Positions 9,742-20,021 of a stretch of 64,000 nucleotides of DNA are shown piece by piece. This DNA comes from Amoebophrya sp. A120 (Eukaryota > Protista > Dinoflagellata), in the NCBI GenBank assembly GCA_905178155.1, contig CAJINV010000003.1, positions 3,503,600 to 3,567,599 on the forward strand, given 5' to 3'. Every line of letters begins with the position of its first letter. Position 1 is the first letter of the stretch. The notes beneath the pieces were generated by a model. That model made no database searches and was not told where the DNA came from. It was given only the letters and a program-made list of their open reading frames with translations. The position numbers and the translations under genes were made by a program.

Positions 9742-12700
9742 TCACACCGCAGCGGGTCCTGCTGCATTGCCATTTGCGTTCGGATCCTCTTCGTCTATGT
9801 CGCTCAGCCGAAACCTGCGCCAGCGGTGCACGGGTTTCCAGGGGCGCCCAGTGATTTTTTCCGGGATATCGGTGCGACAGAGGGGGCACAGTCGCGAGCG
9901 TTTCCACCAGTCGGTGATGCACTCCGGGTGAAAGACGTGGTACTGGAAGCAGGGACTCTGGATCACCAGGTCGTCCTCGTCGAACTCGGTGTAGCAAATG
10001 GAACACTGCGCCGCAGACATGCGTTCGAGCCCCGCGAGCTCGTTTGCGTCAGACCCGCTTGCGAGCTTGCTGGGGTCGAAGTTGCACTCGCGTAGCTTCC
10101 GCAGATTCTCCTGCATGTCGGCGGGAAAGGTCTTCAGTAGGTCCTGGTACTGCACCACGGGAATTTTCTCCAGCACCTCCGGCTCCACCTTGGTCTGGTT
10201 TGCGTTGTCGGCCACCATCCCGAACTCCAGAATTGCGAGCAGGCGGTTGCTGGCGGGCCAATCAAGCAGCACAATCCAGAGGTAGGCAAACCAGAACCAG
10301 CCTGCCAAAATAGCGACGACCAGCAGGGAGGTAACCACCGGGACCCCGGTCTCTAACACGGGGTACGCGGCGAGCCACCACACGAGCGAGTCGCACCTGC
10401 TGCTCCCGTCCAAGTCCACCCAGTAGTAGAGGTAAATTGTGCCGATGAAGTAGGACGTCAGCTCCTGCGTCAGCGCCGCCCGCAGATGCGCGAGCATGTA
10501 AAACCACCACGTTTGCGACAGGACGGTGCCCTGGTTCTCATCGGAGGACAGCTCCTCGTAGCGAGCAGCAAAGCCCCTGCGCTCCTCGGTGGCGCCTAGC
10601 ACAGCCGCGGCCTTCTCGGCACTGCCGCCGCGTCGACTCGCGTGCGGCGTTGCCAGGAGCTGCAGCGGATGCCCGCCGTGAAGCCTGCTAAGCTCAGCTG
10701 CCGGTCGTGCTCCGGACGGACCCGCAGTACACCCACTCCCAGGAGCTGCCTTGTTGTCTCCGGCTGAGTTCTTTGATGACGGTTTAATATTGAGAGCTTG
10801 TTCCTGATCATGATGTGCCTCCACTTCTATTAGCGGTGCGGTTAGCTGCTTTTCCAGGTTCTGGGCTCGGTGAATCAGAAGTCCGCACATGAAGTACAGA
10901 CAGATGTATCGGAGCACGAATCTACCGTAGTAGATGACGAGGAATCCGACCATGAAGTAGGTATCCGCGATGGCCTTCTCGTCGCCCGTCGAGTACACGG
11001 TTGTATCACAGTACCAGAACAGGAAGTAGAAGCCGAGCAGGAAAACGCCCCACTGTATGAGAAAAGTGACCCAAAAAACGGCGAAGTACACAATTTGCGG
11101 TGGCACCTCGGCGATCGGATTCATGAAGGGAATTTTGCGCTCGCGGGAGAACCGTGCCGTCAAGGCATCCAAAGCCGCTCCGTGCAGGGTCAATTCATCT
11201 TCCTGCTCCCCGCGGAGCATCTCTGCTTCCACCTCCTCCACATCTTCGCGTTCCTCCTCTTCTGCCGAACTGGTAGTTCCCGGCTCGTTATTTGCCGCTT
11301 GCGATTCATCATTGTCTCCTGGTGGGTTTGCGGGAGGTGGAACAAAAAAATGTTAACATTAACATTTTCACTAGTTAAAATCTCAGTGCGTTTTTTGACA
11401 AAAAAAAATCATTTTTTGCATTGGAATTGCGCTGAACAATGAGCGATAGTATGTATATCAACCCATGGACAACTAGCTAAATGCTGTAGCTTATGTTTTG
11501 ATCTAACTAGGCTAAGGTCTCGGGATCCGTCCTGCTACATCGAGAACGTGCGTGGGCCTTCGTGCGCGCGTAGGTAGTGGCGCTGCTCGCTTGCGACTAA
11601 TGCTCGAAAGCAATCCAGCTGGTTCCGGACCTTCGTCTGGTTGATGATGTAGTCGGCCCACCAACGGGTCGCGACCATGGAGATCGGGCTGCCACCTTTT
11701 TTAAATTCAAAATGTTCAATTTGTAATGCAGGGAAGCGCTCTTTTTTGGGAATGTTAACATTCGGGGACGTTTCGGAGCCGGATGTTAACATTTGCGCAA
11801 AAAAGATGGCAACTTTTGAGCATTTTTTGAGCAAATTTGCAGACCAATGTTAACATTTGCCCAAAGCCTTGCATTTCTGCACGGGAATCTGGACGTAGCC
11901 CGAAATGTTAACATTTGCCTGAAAATCTGCATTTTCGCACGGGAATCTGCGATTTTGCTTGAGCGCCAATTTTTGGCCGAAAGTAAAGAATTCAGCCAAG
12001 TCGCAGAATCTCGTGCGAAAATGCAGATTTTCGGGCAAATGTTAACATTTCCACACGAGTCCAGATATCCGTGCGGAAATGCAGAATTTTGGGCATATGT
12101 TAACATTTGCAAAAAAAAGTCGTCTACTTTGACTCAAAAAAACTGCCTTTTTTGTCTTTCGCTGGGGTCAACGGCGAAAGGCAAAAGCTGGGCCACCTCT
12201 GGCCCCGGTCTTCCCTAGAGTCAAGAAGAGCAACTGAAGACTGGGCTGCGATGAAGGCAGCACGATTATGATGGCGCATTATAGCACGGAGGAAAAACGA
12301 GTACACTGCTCCAACGCCTTCAGCAGGCTCATTCCAGCCCCTACCTCGGCCGCCTTGTTTTCCAGTCTCCCCGCACCTTTGGCCGCCACCTCGGCCGCCT
12401 TGTTTTCCTTCACGTCCGCCGCGCCGGCAGGCCCGAGCCTAGCTAGCTCTCAACAATAGCATAGAAATCTCGCTGTAGCTAGTTGTCCGTGGGGTCTATT
12501 TCGAGTAGCTACAGTAGTTCATTACTTGGCGTGAAAAAATATAAAAAAAAATCGCACAAAAACATGACAAAAATTTGACTAGTGAAAGTGTTAATGTTAA
12601 CATTTTTTTTTTGGATATATTTGCCGCTTGCGATTCATCATTGTCTCCTGGTGGGTTTGCGGCTTGCTTACAGCTTTAACACCCGTTAGCATGAGAAGTG

Positions 12701-15700
12701 GCGAATTTGTAGTGAATTTTGCATGACAGATTGCAGATGAGTCCGCCGGGGCATTATCCCTCTTGCCCTTCTGGGAAGTGGGTTCTGCACACCGCAGAAG
12801 TCAAGGCTTAGTTATGCGGCGGGCAGCTTCTAGGCATGGCCTGGGTGCCGTTCTTTGGCCATGTCTATTCGTCTCCCTGTGCTCGCATAGAGCACTGCAG
12901 CAGCCGCGGCAAAGACGCTAAAAAGAAAGGCTGCGAAGCGCATGCAATTAGGGAAGAAGGCGCAAAAAAACGAGTGAAAGGACCAGGCCGAGAGCTTTGA
13001 CGCCTCTACCCGGCAGGCGCGTGAACTCCCCAGGCCTTTTCGGCAGAATATAGACGGGCTGAGGGCAACAGAGGGCGCTTGTCTTTTCCCCTCGGCCCCA
13101 CTCCCCAGGGCCTACCTGTGCACATTTTTGAGCACTTTTCTGCGCCAAAGTTTGCTTATCACGGTCGAAAAGGAGCGCTCGGTGAATTTTCGGGTGAATT
13201 TTGAAAAGGGCGCCGGTGAATTTTGGGTTCCGGTGCCTGTTCAAAATTCGCTAGCGCGTGAGAAACTCCGAGTTTGGGGCTTCAAAAAAGTTTCGCAAAA
13301 AGACAAAGCCTCAAAATTCACCAAGAGAATTCCTGACCTGGGGGTCACGTCAAAGAAGACTACTAGAGGAACCGACCAAGATGAGGCAGGAACACAGCTG
13401 GGAGGAGCTTACTTACAGAGCAAAGCAGGCGATGCTAGCATCCGTAGCAACCTGTCTCCAGATATCCAAGCCGAGGCAGCCACAACCCGTGACGCGACTT
13501 CTCTATTTTGACATGTTGAGCTAGTACCTTTGACCCCCTTTACAGGCATAGCCCTCGTCCCGGTCGATCCGCCACTATCGAGTCTGCGGATCATGCAGCG
13601 TCGTGTTGTAAGACCGCCCTAAGCCACCTGCGTTGCTTCGCAGTCCACCAGGTGCGCCTCTTTGGGCAACAAGCGGCAAGCGTCCACAGGAGGGAAGCGC
13701 CACCAGCCAAGCAGCCCATCAACGCGGCGCGCTGGCTTCTTGTATGTTGTCCTCGTGTTCTAGTTCTTCGCATGCACCTGAAGATTAATTCATGCATCAT
13801 GCCACGCAATACAAATTCACTGGAAATTCACCCTTCTGTATGCTAACGACCGTTGAAGACATAACCGCTTGCGATTCGTCATTGTCTCCTGGTGGGTTTG
13901 CGGCAGGTGGTTGCGAATCTTCCGCCGCGGGAGAGGACTGCGCGGGGGCCACGGGTTCGTTAGCTGCACCTAACACTGAATTATCTGCAGCGCCCGGGGA
14001 CGAGGCGCTCGCTGCGCCACTCTCTCTTTCTGCCACCTCTACTGGTACTGCCGGGCTCGACGCATTAGCGTCGCCGCCCGCTGCACTTGGCGAAGCCGGC
14101 CTGGACCCCGAGGCCTCAGAAGAGCGACGAGCGGTGGAATTACGTGGCGAATTAGCTCGAACCGGCGGTGTGTATTCTCGCCGTCGCCTGGAGATTTCCG
14201 TGACGTAGGCGGCGGTAGGTCGGTCGACCGGATCGGACGCAAGAACGCCACCACCAAAAATACGCCGATCCGGATTCTGCGGGTCCAAAGCCGACCGCGC
14301 AGCCACATTTTCTGTCGAGGAAATGTCGGGCAGCAACCGCAAGGCAACACTTCTCTGTTCGTCCCCAGGCCTCAGGCTTGAGGACGACGATGGCTCGGGA
14401 TGGGAAGGAGACCGTGAAGAAGTCCCTCCAAATAAGTAATTCGCGCCTGCCGTCCAAAACGATGACGCGGAGTCCGAAACTGCCGGCGGTCCTTGGAAGA
14501 GCGGAGCGACCGGCGGGTGGTCCGCAGTGCTGCTGCTGGACGACGAAGCACTTCGGTGCGACAACTCCCGCATTGAATCCATACGCGCGCCCATGTCAAC
14601 CCCCTCAAACAGGCCAACTGCGGACGGACTCGCACTCGCAAGACCGCGGACCTCTGCGCGGAGCAACTCCGAGCGGAGCAAGCGATCCGCGGCGTTGTTC
14701 AGATGCGCCTCCTGAAAGCGGGCCTGCCGCCGATTATACACCTGGATTATCTCCGTCCACCGTAGGGCTCGTGGCCGCGCCTGCCAGACGGCATCCGCGA
14801 AATGCATGAAACTCGGCACGGCGTCAATCGGGTCCGAATAAAGCCGCCGTCGACAAGTTCTTCGCCGCGTCCGACGAAGTGTAGTCTCGTCGGGCCTTTG
14901 CAACAAGGTAGCTCGCGGTTGGGCGCGGGGGTTGGTCGCAGCGGCGGAAGATGCATTTGCGTTTGAACCTCCTGGTGCGGGGACCACTCCCAATACGGCT
15001 TCCGTATCGACGGAAGCACGCGGACCCGCAGCTGCGCTGGCAGCAGCTGCATCCGTGGCGTTCCCCGCAGAAGATGTTGCAACTCCACCTAGACCGCCGA
15101 CTGTCTCTCCACTGCCCTGTGCGTTCTCTCGTTGTGCGGCGACGCGGCGAAAGTTACCAGCGTGTAGAGCCGTGGCTTCGGGCTGCGCTGCGCCCTGCGG
15201 TTCGGCCTCCGCAGCCTGCTCAATCAGGTTGAGGGCAAATGTATCTCCTCCTCCCGGCAAGATACCCCGGGGGAGGATATTGGTCTGCGGCAACGCACGC
15301 CCCGTCGATACCACCACGCTTTCCGGCGCGCCCCGGGCCGGACCGACGTTCCGCATGATGTAATCGACACGCGAAAGCCGGGTGGTTTGCGACTGCGAAA
15401 TAATCACCTGGGCGGTAGGATCTAGCCGCATCGTGTACAAGTCAGCGCTGGGGTGCGCGATTCGGGGAGGAATCGTCGAACTGCTGCTGCTTCGCGCATT
15501 GGGCCCATCCCTGAACGGGGAACCAACTGTACCTACGACGGGCGTGATCCCTGTTCCCGGCGGCGGCGCTGGTCTAGAGGAAGAGGAGGCACCGCCGCTT
15601 CCGTGATCGTCCGCCACAGGATCCAAAAGCGGCACTGCTTTCTTGTTTCCCGCTGTACCACTTGTGGACGCAGAGGGCCATCGCTCGGATGGAGTAAATG

Positions 15701-17958
15701 CGAACCGCTGCGCGAGACGTGTGGTAGCGGCGTCCGTTGAAGTGTTCCTGCCTGTCGTGGAGGACCCCGGCGCCTCCTCGCAAACCAGCTCTTCGTCATT
15801 CTCGTTGGATGGCACCGGACCATAAAGCGTTTCCGTTGATTGATGTATGCGTTCCTGTTTCAGAAGATTCAGTGCGGTCAGAAAAAATGATGCATGTTGC
15901 ATGTTAGTTGGATACTTGTCCTTCTAATTTTCTCAATTTGAATTTACGTTCACCACAGTCAGTACGTGGCAAATAAGAACGCAATCGCAAACACAGACCG
16001 GAGTACTAGACAACATCAGTCAGTCGTAGAGACCACATTAGTACCAATGCTCGGGCGCGCATTGTGACAGCCGCCTGGTTGTTTCCAAGTCTGTTGGCAC
16101 TTTCTGACATGCGCAGCATTTGGTTGCGGAAGAACGTGGACAGAAGCTCCCGCACGAAACTGTCGGTCATGTCGTAACTCGCCCGGCCCGTGATGTCGCT
16201 CGAAACGCCCACCGCAGAATCCTCCACTGGCCGGCGCTGGTTGACGACGATGGGCTCCAGCGAGCTTACCCGTCCTTCGACACGCATGAGATCGTAACGA
16301 GGCATGCACATGTAAACTTGGTCGTGTCGGACATGGATTTGACTTGGATCCGCCGCCTCTTCAGGTAAAAACCGCTGGTTCGTGGTCAGTGTGGACGTCC
16401 CAGCGCCGGCATTCAGAACAGATGTTGAAGAAGGTGTAGGTGGCCCTCTCTCCGTAAGGCGGCGGACGGGTGGCTGCGTGTTAGATGGAAAGTCGGTGTC
16501 CGGATCATTGCCACTAAAGAACGAGGAAAAGAAGCCGCCCCACGAGGAATTCGTGACTTGTAGTTGGTCGTCTTGTTCCCCTCCTGCTGGACCTGTTTTA
16601 TTCCCAGCAAGCTTCGACGAGGTTCGCTGCGCGCTTGGCGGGTTGAAAGCAGCACTGCGGGTCGCCACGCGCTTGCCCGCGAGAAACCGCGCGTTGACCG
16701 GCGACCGCGAGAAAACCTGGTCCGCGTCGCCTTTCTCGAAGTGCTCGAAGCTCCGACTGCAGGGCAAATGCGGGACCTCGCGATAGTGGACGTGCGGCAG
16801 CTCTTTTGCCACGCTCTGCGAATCGCAAGGTTGAGCATCTCCGCCACTGCTTCCCGTGAACCGGCGGAAACGTTTTTTGCAGCTGCGCAGATACCGGGAA
16901 TAAACCAGCGCGAAGTAGTCCAAGGTTGTGACCACCTCCAGATACGCGTTTTTCGCCAGCAACGATCCCCGCACTGCTTTCGGCATTTTCAGACGGTGAA
17001 ACAGTGGGTTGGGCGGAGGCGTGTAACCGGTCTCGAGTCTCACGTGGTTCCCACCACCCCACTGCTTCATGGTTTCCGTCGATTCAACCCCTGAAGGCGG
17101 CCTGCAGTAAAGTAAAAATCATCGAGCTTCTGTCAGTCGGTTTGTCGCAGGTAGAGGTATCACGATCGGTGCGTGTTTATGTTCTCCCAAACAAAGACAA
17201 TGACAAAGAGAAAGACTACATGAATGATGAGCCTAAAAGAATATAGCCACACACACCGGTCGTGGTCGAGTAAACAAAAGCGTACACGGCATAAACAGCA
17301 GACAATTTTTAGACTACAAGTACTTGCACTCCGAGAACCAGACGGTGGTTGGGATGCCACCGAGTCGAAAAGCCACCGTGACCGGATGCACTTGCCAGGA
17401 GGGGCTACCGATGGGAACACGGGAGCCGGAGTCGTGGTATATGTACGACGATTGGTTTCTGCGGTTTCTCGCAGCCAGGGCCTCCGGCGGCGGTCCCGTG
17501 TAGATGTACCCCACCGGTTGCTGCGACGACGACTCGGTAGGGGGATTCCCGACGACCACAAAGGGATGTGCGAGGTCTACCGTCAGGGTCCCCTGGGGGC
17601 GGGCTAGGGCGGTCGGCTGTCCGGGAAGCCGAGACAAGCCGGACCAGGAGGACGAAGAAGAACCTCCTGGACCCGACGTGGTTTCCGGGCCCGAAACGGG
17701 ACGGGTACGGCTGAGTGATGATGTTGACTGCCGCTCGAGAAGAGAACCACTTGCGTGCCGATCAGAACCTGCTGCTCCGGACGCGGCGCGTCGGTTCCGC
17801 CCGCGCGCTGAGGCTGGTTGGCTGCCGGACGACTTCGATCCTGTGCGGACCAGAATATCGTGCTGTTCCTGGTAGTTTGCTGCATTCAGGGACGGGTGGG
17901 CAGTGGGTGAACTATCGCCTCTGTAACCTCGCTCGTGAAACGTCGGACTGTGCTCCAT
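9742..17958 (-). CDS. Multi-exon transmembrane RING-H2 E3 ubiquitin ligase with long disordered N-terminus
   Basis: C-terminal CSIC...C.YHVFHPEC...W...CPLC preceded by several TM helices. Inferred exons 17958-17324, 17101-16045, 15920-13866, 12666-~12614 and ~11342-9742. Introns 17323-17102, 16044-15921 and 13865-12667 are GT-AG and keep the frame. The last junction is non-canonical or uncertain. Confidence 0.75.
11535..12450 (-). pseudogene. Putative hAT-family transposase remnant in two pieces
   Basis: 12306-12147 reads VYSFFLRAIMRHHNRAAFIAAQ...KDKK and joins in frame to GGSPISMVATRWWADYIINQ (from 11695 downward). This resembles the hAT 'FF..S..R...L...Q...V.TRW' segment. There is a frameshift near 12306. 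Confidence 0.4.
11846..12108. repeat. ~260 bp imperfect palindrome built from TGTTAACATT units
   Basis: Arm 11846-~11958 is the reverse complement of ~11993-12108. TGTTAACATT occurs at 11351, 11753, 11784, 11848, 11906, 12040, 12098 and 12595. Confidence 0.9.
12674..13858. mobile_element. Intronic TIR element #2 filling a GT-AG intron
   Basis: Left CTTTAACACCCGTTAGCATGAGAAGTGGCGAATTTGTAGTGAATTT versus right-end reverse complement CTTCAACGGTCGTTAGCATACAGAAGGGTGAATTTCCAGTGAATTT. Internal GGTGAATTTT copies at 13181-13224 and inverted copies near 13243 and 13313. Confidence 0.75.
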
Positions 17959-18531
17959 TTTGAAAACTTCACGCCAGAGCGTAGCTTAACGCAACCAATG
18001 AGCGGGGAACGAGTATGAATACACAATCAAGAGTGTGGAACTGAATTTTTCTCTAGCCAAGACTTACATCTTTCTACCTATCATATGAACGAATTAGCGC
18101 TTCTGCAAGCGCTCTCGATTTTATACAACGATCAGAGATACGACAAAAACGATGGCGCGATGATTATTTTATGGTGTACAAGAAACGAAGTCGAAAACGA
18201 TTTGAGGCGACCATTATATCTATCTATCATCTCTCGTCGTCGTTCGCCCCCGATTCGAAAAATCATTGTCTTTCAACATTAGAACCTTGGATCTAAAAAC
18301 GGAAGGAACGAGAACTCAATTGGCCGGAATGGGTGTGAGCGCCACCCAATTCTGGCAAAAGACGTTACACATCGACGTGCGTAAAAACCGAACATCTGGA
18401 ACATGTGAAACAGGTACTGATGGTTTTCAAGATGCTCCATCCCATGCTTTTATATGCCCTTGCTTGCATCGGCAAACGCGAGCACGCATTTGGCTTGCGC
18501 TTAATTTCTCCTGTATCTCTTCGATTCTTGT

Positions 18532-19410
18532 TTATTTGCCGCTTTCGTCGTTTGTTTCTGTTTTAGTATCATCTGTCTTCTTTTCCGCATTTGCATTTGA
18601 AGACCGTGCGTTCCGCTTTCTCCGCTCTGTCTCTTTCCAAAACTCGATTTCCTCTTTTCGTTGCTCTGGCGTAAGCCGAATTCCTAAATTTGTCAAAATC
18701 ATCCGCCGTGCAGGTACCACCGTGCTTTCGGGCCTGGGCTCGTCGGCGCCTTGTTCGTCGCCTCTCTCAATGCTGCGTTTCGGCCCGGAATGGTCGACTT
18801 TCGTGGTCTGAGTAGACGGAGCTGACCCGCCCCCCAGCGACATGTTTCCCATCTGTTCAGCGAGTGCGTCGACGGAGTCCTGATCTGTACGACGTGTTGA
18901 CTGATCTGCTTGTTCCGTGTCTTTCTTGCGACCCTCTTTTCCCGCAACCCCTGTAGTACTCGCTCTCGACGCCATGTCTTCCGGGGTTTTGTCGAGCATT
19001 TTCCAGGTCCACTTGTCGTAGTCCCATACCCAATAGGTTTTGCCGTCACTCCAAACATAAGTGTTTGCACTCTCCGACCACGTTTTGGTGTACCTTTGCA
19101 TTTGCTGACGCCTCCTGTGTCTGCCCGTACTAGAACTGGTGAAGTTAAAGTTGGAAAACGCATCTTCTCTCTTCCTATTCAACAACTCCGACGACTCTCC
19201 GTGCAACGCCGACTGCCACTTGTCGCCTTTTTTATCAGCATTTGCAGGCCGGGCGGTATCCTCTTGAGCAACGGCGCCGTGACCGGTGCCCTTCTTCTTG
19301 TCACCCTCCGTTGGTGCCGCCGCGCCTGCTCGAGATCCCTTACCTTTCGTCGACGAAGCGGACACCGGAGCTGCTTCCTGACTACCCTTTCCTGCTTTGC
19401 TAGTCGCCAT
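18532..19410 (-). CDS. Hypothetical hydrophilic protein with a short Trp-rich motif
   Basis: 292-aa ORF with ATG, same polarity as neighbours. Contains TWSESANTYVWSDGKTYWVWDYDKWTW. Confidence 0.65.
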   Translation of the reverse strand: MATSKAGKGSQEAAPVSASSTKGKGSRAGAAAPTEGDKKKGTGHGAVAQEDTARPANADKKGDKWQSALHGESSELLNRKREDAFSNFNFTSSSTGRHRRRQQMQRYTKTWSESANTYVWSDGKTYWVWDYDKWTWKMLDKTPEDMASRASTTGVAGKEGRKKDTEQADQSTRRTDQDSVDALAEQMGNMSLGGGSAPSTQTTKVDHSGPKRSIERGDEQGADEPRPESTVVPARRMILTNLGIRLTPEQRKEEIEFWKETERRKRNARSSNANAEKKTDDTKTETNDESGK

Positions 19411-20021
19411 GATGTGAAGTAGTGTATCGCTATCTGTGTATGATGTTGTACATCAACTTTTTCCTTTAATATCCAAAGTAAGAGTACTCAAGTGGTGAAG
19501 CTTTTCTCTACTGTCGTGCTCGCACCAGCCATCGAAAGCGAAAGTTGCTCCAGTTGCGCATTCTTCAAAATGCCAAGAGGCGCGGATCCTGGCAAGCTCT
19601 TTGTTCCGGAAAAAAAGGGCTGGACGAGATGTTGAATATTTTTATTTTCGCTACCCATGAACAAAGATCTTGACGCTGATCTTTCTTTTCTCCCTCGGGC
19701 ACTCGAAAACCGCTGCGCAGTTTGGTCGTAGTGCGTACCGATACACAAGAAGCAGGTTGCTCGACTGCGAAAACGAACACTTCTGCTGCGACCTTTTCAA
19801 AAAGTATTTTCTATCTGTTTTAGACCTTCATTTTCATTTTTGAAAAACTGCTTCAATCGTTCAAGGGGCGTTGTGTTCGCAGTCGCAGAGCCGCAGTTGG
19901 TGGTCGTCCTGGTTTGCTTATGCTTCGGCTTTCTGAAAAGCAAAATAGCACTTAGCTACGCAGGGACGGACTCGCGCTCGCCGCCGATCATGTCGCCGCC
20001 GCATTTATTTCCATCATCCCG

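Larger units (their letters stand above)
11343..12613. mobile_element. Intronic TIR element (introner-like, non-autonomous DNA transposon derivative) #1
   Basis: Left end CAAAAAAATGTTAACATTAACATTTTCACTAGTTAAAAT is the near reverse complement of the right end AATTTGACTAGTGAAAGTGTTAATGTTAACATTTTTTTTTTG. A second inverted pair lies at 11461-11479 / 12476-12495. The element interrupts the RING gene frame. Confidence 0.85.
11289..13910. repeat. Three dispersed copies of a ~45 bp coding segment (ANPPGDNDESQA)
   Basis: 11289-11333 is identical to 12618-12662. 13865-13910 matches 11295-11340 with 2 mismatches. Confidence 0.95.

Noticed and set aside
11750-12110. Spaced palindromic TGTTAACATT repeats resembling a CRISPR array
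   Set aside because: Repeats are short and irregularly spaced, the spacers are reverse complements of each other, there are no cas genes, and the context is a eukaryotic intron.
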